From Perna viridis (lineage: Eukaryota), in assembly GCA_037379345.1 (NCBI GenBank), contig CM074523.1, positions 31,573,678 through 31,637,677 of the forward strand: DNA of 64,000 nt. The letters run 5' to 3'. The notes beneath the pieces are model-generated. The model did not search any database, was not told where the DNA came from, and saw only the letters and a program-made list of their open reading frames with translations. The translations under genes and the position numbers were made by a program. Shown here one piece after another: positions 1-11,222 of this stretch (the stretch's first letter is position 1; each line of letters starts with the position of its first letter).

Positions 1-589
1 CCGGGTGAAATTTCTCTAATATCACTCAATGCTGCTAAAGTACACCTTTATAGTTTTAAAATTTTGAAATAAAAACCACCATGCGACATTTTTGTCCATA
101 CATTAAGGCTAAAAAGGGCTACTTTTTCAAACATCAATTATTCAGTAGCCATTCTAAATTCTAAGTGCCCCATAAAATACACATATATTGAATGCCAGCT
201 TTCAAATTCGATATTTTTGGTTCCTTACTGTTCGTATAATGTTTTCATGAAAATATCTTTGTTCATTATCCACTAGTCATAAAAGTTTCTATATTATCTC
301 CTGGGCTTAAACATAGATCACACATTCATATTTGTTTGTTTGTTTCGTATTTTATTTCGAATTCATAGTATCTTTTTGTGCTAATGTTTGCTATTTTGCT
401 ACTTTCTAACCTGTTTTTATTTTAATATCAATTGTGTGTTATTCCTTTACTTTTTTTTTGGCTCGTTTAAAAAAACAACCTTAGAGAAAACATGCACCTT
501 GCGTGACATTACATTTGAATCTGTCCTTGAACAATATGTCAAGCTAATGAAATAATGACTTTACAAGTAACTAATATGTTATTAGAAAC

Positions 590-1320
590 ACGTGCAAAAC
601 ATTTAAATTGTCATAATCTTTGAACAGACGCTCTGAACATATGTAAACTCAAAATTATAGGCTTATTGAGAAGGTCATTTCGTACGCTGCATGTATGCTA
701 CAGTATACATTTATCGTTTTCTAAATGTCAAGGCCTGTAGTTTACAGTTTCTAGAAGGCTTTCTGGCACTCTATGACCTTTGATCGTTGATGCAAATGAG
801 AGGTCACATGGACCAAAGATCACTGATGAAGGTCCAATTTCTCTACAACTTTCGGTTCTTGAAGTATAAATTTTTAAAATTTTAGTATGATTTTTCAAGG
901 ACTCTCGTACGGTTTGATAACAAAATACAAATTTATGTTTATTATTTGGTCGTCTGCGTATGTACATGAAACCGTTTCCAAATTTATTTTATCAAATATG
1001 TTTTTTAAGATATGAGTGATTGCAAGAAATTGTTGTAAAGGGACATAACTCTTAGAGATGATAATGAAATCATCATCAAAATCATTTCCTAATTGAATAT
1101 GATGTTATCTACATGTTTACCAAAAACGGTCATGATATCTTGAAAAATGAGTACGGGGGACCATGTAGAAAAATGGCCAATTAAAGGAAGATTACTTCTA
1201 CAAACGGATTTTGACAGGGTCGCCTAGTAAAAGTACTAAATAAGTCCTATCGATGGTCTACATTTGGTAATGATATCTTGAAAGATGAATAGGGGGACCA
1301 AGTAAATTTTGCAAATGGAG
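590..1320. repeat. Non-autonomous Helentron-associated (HINE-like) repeat, copy 1
   Basis: Aligns with 2493-3225 (TGCAAAACATTTAAATTGTCATAA...GGTAATGATATCTTGAAAGA); internal ~130-bp subrepeats with GGGACATAACTC-type motifs. Confidence 0.6.
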
Positions 1321-1351
1321 AAAAAATGAAAAAAACCTAGTATATCAAATG

Positions 1352-1566
1352 TCAAAGCAGAGGACGCTTACCCAACCGGTGCACCTGATCAATGCTCCCT
1401 GTTTTTAGTGGAGTCCGAGTTGCTCATTCCTTTTTGTTACTTTGTATGTATGATTTTAGTTACGTTATGTGCATTGTTGTGTATGTCTGTTTTCCATGTC
1501 TGGTCTTTGTCCCTGGATTACATTCTTTTGATTACCGCCATAACCATGGTTTCCTTAATTATTCTT
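1352..1566 (+). mobile_element. Naiad-type PLE 3'-end fragment
   Basis: AAAGCAGAGGACGCTTACCC...GGAGTCCGAGTTGCTCAT...GGTTTCCTTAATTATTCT matches the reverse complement of 41943-42155. Confidence 0.85.
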
Positions 1567-2399
1567 TGTTAAACATTTCAAAGGTCTCTCCCTCAAAAAC
1601 TATCTCTTTGTAATATAAACGTAAAGACATTTGGCTTCATGGATAACATGCTACCTTCTACAAAAGTTTTTATTTTTTTTTTGCATTTCGTAACCTACTC
1701 AAATGGAACTGTCGGTGTTTCCATCATGATTTTTGTAAATTAAACTTAACTATTTAAAATACTTTAGTTTTTACACTTAATGACCTCATCCAACTCATTT
1801 ATGTCGGGAAAAAATATCGATATTTCGAATGTACGCTTCAAGACCTTTCATCTGATATGCAACAACCTTACCTTCTAAGAACTTTACATTTTTGCACTTA
1901 ATGACCTACTCTTCGAACATGAATGAATTATCGAGGTAGAAACTCTGATTTGTTTTTTAATGTACTCATTTAGACCTTCAACATGATATATCACATGACC
2001 CCCTTCGACAAAGTTAAAAAAAAATGAAGCAATATCAAATTTATAAATATGTGTTGATGAAATATACATAATTTTTGGAAAATATGATAATTTTATGTTG
2101 TTGTAGTATCGTCGGTTTGTTACATTGGTCCTTAGTATTTTGTCAAAACTTACTAAGCAGATCTATCAATCTTTGTAATGATCATTTGTGTGTCGGTTGT
2201 GGATTTGAAAATATATACCCCCGCGCTAAAAACGTATAATTTCAATAAATCCAAAACTAGACAAGATATCTCAAATCTGAAAACTGTATAATAATCTTCA
2301 GAACATATGCAACAAAATGCGATAACAATATGGGCCATAGAAAAGCTCATTTTGAGCACAGTGATTATTGAAATATGAAGCAAAAACAACTCCAAAACC

Positions 2400-3305
2400 G
2401 AAAGTCGTATAGAGACATGAAACTACCACTGTACATCTCAGAATACCCTGACCTTGAAAAAACTTACAAGGTCAAGGTCACAAACCGGATTCTGCAAAAC
2501 ATTTAAATTGTCATAACTTTTGAACAGGCAGTCTGACAGTTGTAAATTTTGTCTCAAAATGTAGGGCTTATCGAGAAGGTCATTTCATACGCTGTATGTA
2601 TGCACTTATCTCTTATCGGTTTCATAATGTCACTGTAGTTTGCAGTGAGAAAGCTTTCTACCACTCTATGACCTTTGACCTTGGATGTAAATGTAAGGTC
2701 ACATGGACCAAAGATCATGGATGAAGGTCCCATGTTTCCACAACTTCCGGTTCTCAAATATAAATTTTAAAAACTTAAGTATGATATTTCAAGGGATATA
2801 ATTCCTGTATGGTATAATAAAATATATGTTTATGTTTATTCATTAGGTCTGCTTATATACAGGAGACCTTTTCTAGACTTAGTCTATCTATTATAGTTTT
2901 CAAGATATCAGCAATTAAAAGAAATTATTTTAGGGGACATAATTCTTAAAGATGATAATGAAATCCTTAGCTGGGTCATTTCCTAACAGAACATAGTGAC
3001 ATCTACATGTTCACTAAATACGGTCATGATATCCTGAAAAATGAGTTCGGGGACCACGTTGAAAAAAAAACCGCAAATAAAAGGGTGATAACTTCTACAA
3101 TGAATAATGGAATTCTTCACAGGGTCACTTTATAAAAGTCCTTAATGAACTCTATCGATGGTCCAAATTTGGTAATGATATCTTGAAAGACTAATTCGGA
3201 AGAGCTTGTCAAAAAAATTTTGCAAATAACGGAATAATAATAATAAAACAAAAACAAAACATTATAAAAACAATATTTTTTTTGCCATGTAGGGAAAGCC
3301 CTTAA
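2400..3305. repeat. Non-autonomous Helentron-associated (HINE-like) repeat, copy 2
   Basis: Paralog of 590-1320; ends with an (AAT)n microsatellite, then AACAAT and a short hairpin before CTTAAT, as in bivalve HINEs. Confidence 0.6.
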
Positions 3306-3738
3306 TTATAATCATTTCACAACAAATCAAAATTACCTCATGTAGTATTGAGGGTAGCAATATATACATTATATAAATTCCCAAAACCTGAAGGGAAGAT
3401 GCCAAATACATCTTTCTTTTTCCAGCAAATGAAGTAAAATCTGTTGTTCATCTATCAGTTACATATTCAGGTTATATTTCCGTTTCACCTACTTCACTGG
3501 GATCTCCATCTATTATTTACGACACGAAATTTACATTTTATGTAATCGTCCATGTAAGGAAATGAAGACAATATTTGAAACTTCCAAAACGAGATTTGAC
3601 TGGTGAAAAACATGTCCGACAAAAAATATAGGTCGCCCCATCTCGAATTTTCAACCTATGATTTCTAATACCAACATGGATAAATAATCGTAAAGTTTGG
3701 GTTCAATTATATTGATATACATGTAAAGTGAAACTAGC

Positions 3739-3771
<33 letters not shown>

Positions 3772-4774
3772 ATATCGAGAAGTCCTAATAACTGTCAATG
3801 GGCCGGAAACAATACCCTCACGAGAACGTATATTGATTTATGGTTACATTATATAAGGAAATAACAATACATACCAAGCTACATTAAAAAATAAAAATAT
3901 ATATCTATCTATAAGCGATAGCAGTTGATTGTTAGTCAAAGACTAGCCAATACAAAAACCATGACACAATTTGAGCAGTAATTTATCAGGTACGGATCAT
4001 AGTGGGTAGTACAATGAACTGAAGTAGTACTTTGTGAAGTAGAAGCTAAATGGAAAATAAATCTTACTTTTCTGCACAGAATTGTCCCTGTAGTATTCCC
4101 AATTAGCACAAAGTTAACTTCCTTGGAAAGCGCACTGTTGTTATGTTTTTTACTTCCTAGTTACAAACACGGTTGGTTGACCTCTCAGTGGTATTTTTAA
4201 CATAGTTAAATGAAGGAACATAGAAGATAACTAGCAACCTTTAAAATACAGGGCATGAAAGAAATTTGAAATGAGGGGCTTGAAATTAATTTGAATATCA
4301 ATTCTTATTACAGTTTCTGACATTAGACATTTGTGGATCCAGGGGATGCCGGTTGCATACTTTTGTGTATAAATCCGTGAATTTATAAAATGTTTTATCA
4401 AGAACTTTTTGCTCCCTTCTCCCTTAGATTATTTCTCTGTATCCGCTTCAGTTACATAGTAGTATGTGAAATATAGCATGTTCAGCAGATTTAATCAGAT
4501 TCGTTTTTTGGGGAGTGCAAAATGTAGGGCCGGGAGCAAGCTGTTTATTTTCATGAAATAGGAGGTTTCATTGCATATACAGTTGTTACTTTTAGAAGAA
4601 CCCCTTCCGGAATAAAAAGAAATTGTAAATCCCTTTAATTTGGTAGAAGGCCATTTCGTATTGTCCTTTGAAGAAGGTCAGTTTATTATAACAAGTGTTT
4701 AACTTCTAAAAATGTTACTGTCTAATGCTTTTCTACAATTTGCAGTGACACGTGACAGTACAACTATCTTTGAA

Positions 4775-5180
4775 TTTTCTGTCAGTCGAGAACACACGAA
4801 TTAATTGTGTTTGTTTCTGTTAGTCGAGAATACTTAAATTTTGAGTTATGTCAGTGTCTGTCAGAAGAAAATACATCGAGCAGTACATGTCAGTTTCTGT
4901 CAGAAGAGAATACACAGATTTGTGTCGATTTCTGTCAGTAGAGAATACACCGAGCTGTGTCGGTTTCTGTCAGTAGAGAATACACCGAGCTGTGTCGGTT
5001 TCTGTCAGAATAGAATACACCGAGCTGTGTCGGTTTCTGTCAGAATAGAATACACCGAGCTGTCTCAGTTTCTGTCAGTAGAGAATACACCGAGCTGTGT
5101 CGGTTTCTGTCAGAATAGAATACACCGAGCTGTGTCGGTTTCTGTCAGAATAGAATACACAGATTTGTGTCAGTTTCTGT
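4775..5180. repeat. 35-bp minisatellite (~11 copies), TTTCTGTCAGTAGAGAATACACCGAGCTGTGTCGG
   Basis: Direct tandem units; homogeneous core at 4929-5160. Confidence 0.92.
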
Positions 5181-5469
5181 GTATTGAAGTGTGACAAACA
5201 TTATATTGAACAATTGCCTTTTTTTTATCTGTGCACATTTCATAACAAAAATCTCAAATATTTACTGATATCACAGTGATATTTTTGTTGCTTATAAAAT
5301 AACCATTAAATGTGCATGTATTTACACAATTGTTGGTTAAGTTTCTTTTCTTTGTAAATTTCAAACAAATTCATTGCTTTCCTTTTTGTTGTGATACTAA
5401 GATACAAGTATATATATTGGTTTATATTTAGCAGTAGTTGGACTTGATGACATGTCTCTGTAAAGGTGG

Positions 5470-6135
5470 ACTTGATTTAGACAGATTTTTGGAATATTCA
5501 TGAGTTGGTTTAGACAAGTTTAAGGATTTACTAGGGCTTGTTTTAGACAGAGTTTTTGGATTATTCATGAATTGGTTTAGACAGGTTTAAGGATTTACCA
5601 GGACTTGTTTTAGACAGAATTCTGGATTATTCATAAATTGGTTTAGTGATTACTCGGGTTTTTGTTTTAACATATTTTTAGATTATTCATGGTGTGGTTT
5701 AGATAGGCTTTTAGATTATTCACGGTATGGTTTAGATAGGCTTTTAGTTTATTGATGGTGTGGTTTAGATAGGCTTTTGGGTTATTCAGGTTTACTCAGA
5801 CAGGTTTCTGGTTTATTCAGGGTTTGGTTAAAACATGTCTTTGGAGTATTCAGGGTTCACTTTAGACAGGTATTTGGATTACTCAGGATTGGTCTTACAT
5901 GTTTTGGGATTATTTGTGGTATTGATAAGACACGTTTCTTGTTTATTCAGGATTTGGTTTAGATACGTTTTTGGATCACTCAGGGTTTTACTTAGGCAGT
6001 TTCTGGATTGTTGAGGGTTTCGATAGACATGTATCTTAGATTATTCAGGGTTTCGATAGACATGTATCTTAGATTATTCAGGGTTTCGTTTAGACAGGTT
6101 TTTAAGTACTCGGGGTTAGATAGATTTCACTATAG
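5470..6135. repeat. Degenerate ~33-36-bp tandem array (GGTTTAGACAGG..GATTATTCAGG), probably expanded subterminal repeats of a Tc1/pogo-like MITE
   Basis: Ends in AGATTTCACTATA. The same GGTTTA(G/A)ACAGGT motif occurs in a short element at ~16836-16983 that begins CAGTAAAGCATGTCTGAACC. Confidence 0.6.
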
Positions 6136-7665
6136 CTATACATGACAGGACTGTTGCACATGTTTTAAGGCCAACAGCCGAAAAAAATTAAAACATCATT
6201 ATCTACATAATGCGTTAATGAAAATAAAGTTTGATGCCATTTCAACAATGTGCTTACCGATGTACTGTGTCCATTCTCCCACTTTTGGGTGAAGACCGAA
6301 TCACCTGTTAGATTTTGTTTCTTAATACGTGTTTTTTTTATTTCATTTTCTTTTACGTGTATGTCTTCTTTACTTTTTACTTGACAGCTGTGACATATTC
6401 AAGAGGCTGTCTATGCGAAAATCAGGCAGTGGGCATCACAAGGCAAATCACCCATTTCATATCACAATTTATCCTTTATCAAAGTTGAAAACTGGCTTTG
6501 GATTAACTGCAATGGCTAGAAATTACATTAAAAGCATTGAAATGCATTGAAAAAGGAAGATATCTCTATGTTTATTAGCAAAATGTGGTTGCTATGTTAG
6601 GTAAATTTAGAATCGTTGTCTGAGCCATCCATTGTCGATTTAAAAAAAAACCTAACTTTTTTGACATATGACATACATATGTTATATACATTGTAGTCAA
6701 TGGGAGATAACTCTATCTGTCATTGACAAAAATTGAGGTTCCCCTAGGAACAGTTTAGCGGTAACTATATCAAATCTCTGTTATTTGAGACAGATTTACT
6801 ATTGTTTTCGATTTGCGACAGTACGGCGCCAGAATTTTTTTCCTGAATGTATTTCAGATCCAGAGCTAATTACTGACAAAAACAGTGTAGAAATGTTCTC
6901 CAGGACTAGAATTCATTTATCCTAGAATATAAAATCTCAGTCAGTTGTGAAAAAGCCGTAGATCAACCTTTAACGGAATGAGAAACTCATTATGATGGGG
7001 AGGGGCGGGTGGGGGAGGGGGCTAATCTCAACGCCAATTCTACAGGTTGTACTTGTAAATGACAAAAATAAACATTCTAGTGACGAATACGTTGAAAAGG
7101 GGGTCCGTTCCAACGTCAGGACTGCCGACTTATAAGATTCAATTGCACAATTAAGGAAAGAAAACGAGACCCCTTGATTCATAATGATTTATGATGAACT
7201 TGCTAATAAAAACACAAAATTAAACAGTTGAAAATATCTAGGGATAAATATTCTAAAAAGAAGACTATCCTTCCGTGAAGTAAATAGTGCCGAAATAAAT
7301 TAAGACAAACTAAACTGGCATCAAAATTAGAGAAGGCAATCCTTGTTTAAAGCGCGAAAGCGATAGTCCGAATTTTAGAAACTGTGTGAGAAGTGGGAAA
7401 ATCCTTTTGATCCCACATATCGACATACCTGATAATCATGTCAGGTTGATTCAAACACGTGACTAGATGTCCCCTTCATATGCCATTCATCAGCGTCTAA
7501 TTCTATGGAAAAAACGTCTGAATATATATTTAATGTCAATATAACAAAATTTCTGAGATCCTATTTATGTAAAAGGAAAATATTGTTTATATGTAGTTGA
7601 TCCAAGGACAAAAATATACAGATTGATAATAGTAACATGTACATTTCCCACGAGTTGTCAGGGGT

Positions 7666-7990
7666 GGTATATCCATCTGCACCATGAAAACTGATTTATT
7701 CAACGGGTCATAGTTTTCCTTTCCTCGTTTGTCTACCCCGGATTTGACTTTTTATGAGCAACTCGGTGGGTGTTTCTAGAAAAGCAGACGCTTACCCTAC
7801 CGGTGTACCTGGTCCATGCTCCCAGTTTTCAGTGGAAACCGAGTGGCTCATTTGCTTTTGTTACGTTGTATGTATGATTTTAGTTACTTTATGTTCTTTG
7901 TTGTGTATGTCTGTTTTCCGTGTCTGGTCATTGTCCATTGATTACATTTTTTTGATTACCGCTTTAACCTTGGTTCCCTTGATTACTTTT
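7666..7990 (+). mobile_element. Naiad-type PLE 3'-end fragment (includes the last RT codons)
   Basis: Matches the reverse complement of 41943-42270. Confidence 0.88.
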
Positions 7991-8415
7991 GCACATCATG
8001 TGCCAAGTCATTTAGACACTCTTCCAAGTCGACATTAAGGTTCTGGTGAATTATCTGATGTTCACTCTACACAATTTACTTTTTACTTGACAGCCGAATT
8101 TAGGTGAGCACTCAGACTTGGATTCTGGTTTAGTTTATGAAAATATAGGTGAAGAGTTAGGATACCTTAGTTGCCAAAATGTAATAAGCAATCTGATATA
8201 CATTGCAATTTGAGTGATATTTTTGTCATGATGTGAACATAGACAGTGCTGGACTATAGTAGAATCTATGACAGTTACAATGTATGAATGTAGTTTGGAT
8301 AAATTTTGACATACAGGAGCTGATACTCTTTCAACATATGTATATCCTGATTTGTTAACCATTTTTTTTTGTCGATAGATTTCCATCTTTAGACTCTGAT
8401 GTTTTTGATATAGTG

Positions 8416-8768
8416 CTGCATGATAAAATTGCTCTGTCAGGCAGAACAAATTATAGCCATTGTCGTAGGTGACTTTTTACGGACTTAAATATCCCTTTAT
8501 TTAGGCAGTACTTAGGCGATTATTATGATCCGATAGTTGTTTTGGAATATGGCTGGCCGATTAATTATGTCAAAGATTCTTTGCCAAACCCGCCATCCCG
8601 TTCTGACTCCATGACTACACAACCGAAATCGACAATTATATTTCTAAAGAGATAGAGAATGGACATAGTTGTGGTCCTTTTGACAGTTACCCACTTAGTA
8701 TTAAACAGTCCATCGCCCAATATTTTACAGTTCCAAATAAAGGAGGGTGGCCGTCGCGTTACAGTCGA
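8416..8768 (+). pseudogene. DIRS/Ngaro reverse transcriptase N-terminal remnant
   Basis: LHDKIALSGRTNYSHCRR*LFTDLNIPLFRQYLGDYYDPIVVLEYGWPINY...EIDNYISKEIENGHSCGPF...TVPNK..GRRVTV, with stops and frameshifts. Confidence 0.8.
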
Positions 8769-9589
8769 ATGGAGGAAATTTAGCAGTGAACTATTGATTC
8801 TTTTATATGGATAAGAGTGTTTCAAGATCTGGAAATGTATCAACTATTTTTAGTTGACCAACATTACTACATGTATGTTTTTTTCTGTGTTTTAGATGGA
8901 GAGATAAGGTTTGTGGAGATAAAAGTTTGATTTTCGGAATAGTAATGCGATGTTCTCCTTAAGCTTGCCAGGAACAACAATTTCTTACAATTATATACTG
9001 AAATTAAATAGCATTATGTTTTTATGCACTTTGTGTAATCAAACATGAAGTATTTATGTGCTAAAAAGCTCCATCAATATTCAAAATACGTCTACATAAT
9101 TGAGCACATACAATTATGTACACCTCAACATTAGTCTTTACTTTCTAAATGCAATAAAACAAACACAAGTTTGGATCCTGAATGGCGCAGTGACCATCTC
9201 AAATTTTATTTCCTTAATACAATATGTATCTGATCTGGTTAAAAGTTCATCAAACTACAAAAATAAAGTCCATCAAAAACACAAAATACACTGCCTGACA
9301 GAATCTTTAACACGTTCTGTAACAAAATAATCTACAAAATAAATACAACAGATTTAAATACTGTACTACATGTATATAAAAACTTATATTACGTGCGATT
9401 GTGTGGTCACTACCGAGTTCTCGATAACTAAATACTAAGAGGGTTTTTAACGTCATTGACTACCCTGTCGGGTCTCGCACGAACGGTAAGTAAATACCCG
9501 TGCAAATAACTTAATATATACTAACATCCAAACCGGTTGACGGCAATAGTTATCCAACTTATACAACATCCCCATTAATAGATTAATGC

Positions 9590-10670
9590 GCAATCTTTCA
9601 AATTCCGCATAGCGCATATAAATTTATTAACTACATGAAGTATTAATTATATTGAGGATTTTGGAAGAGTGGATACATTACAATGCTAATACGATCTTTT
9701 ATCCATTGCTACAAAGATGTTTTATATTTATTTGATTTTTATTCGCTTATCTTAAATATTTTTTCTTGGATCGATTAAGAACTAAATGTATGTGTCCAGT
9801 TTAACGACTTAAGTCGAGTCTGGTGTCGTGATGTATCGGTGTTTCTTACTTGTTATGTTTCCTTACCTAAGCAGGGTATTCTAAAACTAATAACTAATTA
9901 CCGAAGACCTCAATTTCCATTCGCAACTTTACATATTAGACAAATGGTTATTAGACACCAGAATTCCCATAGAAGCTTGTAAGTGGATGTTTCTAACATT
10001 AGATTTTTTCGGCATGTTAAGAGCCTCAAATGTATTATGTTCTTCTGCCTTTTAAGAGAACCATGATTCGACGCAGTCCGTATAGGTTTACCCTTTAACC
10101 TTAAAGACGCTCTTCCATGGAAACGCAAGTCACCTGATCGCAATTCTGTTTTCCGATTGACCAAGTACTGATAACTTAGTGGCGTTCGAACAAATCTGTA
10201 TCGAAAATTGAAATTGCGTGTCATGTATTATTTCCTGAATGAAATGTAGAAAATTATAAGTAAAAAGAACAAATTTTATAGCGTCTGCTATTTTAAAAGA
10301 TTGTACTTGTTTTTATATATTGTTGTATTAGCTAGGAATGTTGATGATCAGATATTATGACCATATAGAGCATATATTAATATGCTGGAAGGGATTTCAG
10401 ATATGACGTCAACTCATCAATCATAGCTATCCCAAGGTCAGAAAGAAAGATTTAACTCCCCTTACAAAATCTAAATTTCTGCTTTTCTTCCATAGATTGT
10501 TGAGATGAAGATAGCCTGTCACCTTCTCAGCATAATTTTCATTCTCTTGGCCATGGGGTGCGACACTTGCCACTCAATCTGGGGTATCGGAGTAAATGTT
10601 AATGGCGCATGGAGACTGGAGATCATCCTTGTACCAGACATACATCAAGAATGATCACATCAGATTATTC
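9590..10670 (+). pseudogene. Tyrosine recombinase (YR) remnant
   Basis: GSIKN..VSS; WMFLTLDFFGMLRASNVL (~9984-10035); IL*PYRA; PLTKSKF; FHSL..GATLATQSGVSE*MLMAHGDWRSSLYQTYI (10537-10646). These correspond to the R, H-x-x-R, H/W and Y catalytic regions. Confidence 0.85.
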
Positions 10671-10756
10671 TTCTTCACATTAGTCAGATCTGTGTTTCCA
10701 TGTAATTAACAGACCTTCATTTACTAGAACTTAGCATCAATATACATGTATGTCTT

Positions 10757-10944
10757 AGACTTGACCTTAGTCCTGCTCTTCTCTTTGAACTCCGACTTTA
10801 CCATAGTCCTGCTCTTCTCTTTGAACTCAGACTTTACCTTAGTCCTGCTCTTCTCTTTGAACTTAAACTTTACCTTAGTCCTGCTCTTCTCGTCGAACCC
10901 AGAGACTTTACCTTTAAGTTAGTCGTGTTGTTCTCTTTGAACTT
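10757..10944. repeat. 36-bp tandem repeat (~5 copies), GACTTTACCTTAGTCCTGCTCTTCTCTTTGAACTCA
   Basis: Direct units immediately 3' of the YR remnant. Confidence 0.9.
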
Positions 10945-11222
10945 CTGATATGTTTTATAGTATTGCATTGTAGTTATTTCATTTGATTTTGTTAGTGTTA
11001 TGGAAATTTTTATAGGTCAGTGTCACATAATGTGCTGATTTGTATAAATGTATATGATACACTTCTTGAGACGTTTAGATTTCCTGTACGCACGATATCT
11101 AAACGCACACTAAACGCTCACCAAACGATCGATAAACAAACCTTCTATCGTGCGTATAAACGAACGCTCCTATCCAATCGTGCGTTAAAACGCACGATAC
11201 GATAAAAAAGCTCCTAGCGTGC

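Larger units (their letters stand above)
8416..10670 (+). mobile_element. Decayed DIRS/Ngaro-type tyrosine-recombinase retrotransposon
   Basis: An RT N-terminal remnant at 8416-8768 and a YR remnant at ~9590-10670 lie on the same strand, in RT->YR order. Confidence 0.82.

Noticed and set aside
4775-5180. 35-bp repeat as a CRISPR array; ORF 4841..5194
   Set aside because: Head-to-tail minisatellite without spacers.
7200-7420. Possible transposase HTH remnant (KQLKISR...RQTKLASKLEKAIL)
   Set aside because: Too short and interrupted to support without a profile search.
9910-10224. Minus-strand ORFs 8135..8449, 8565..8843 and 9910..10224 as genes
   Set aside because: Antisense shadows of the plus-strand DIRS/Ngaro relic.
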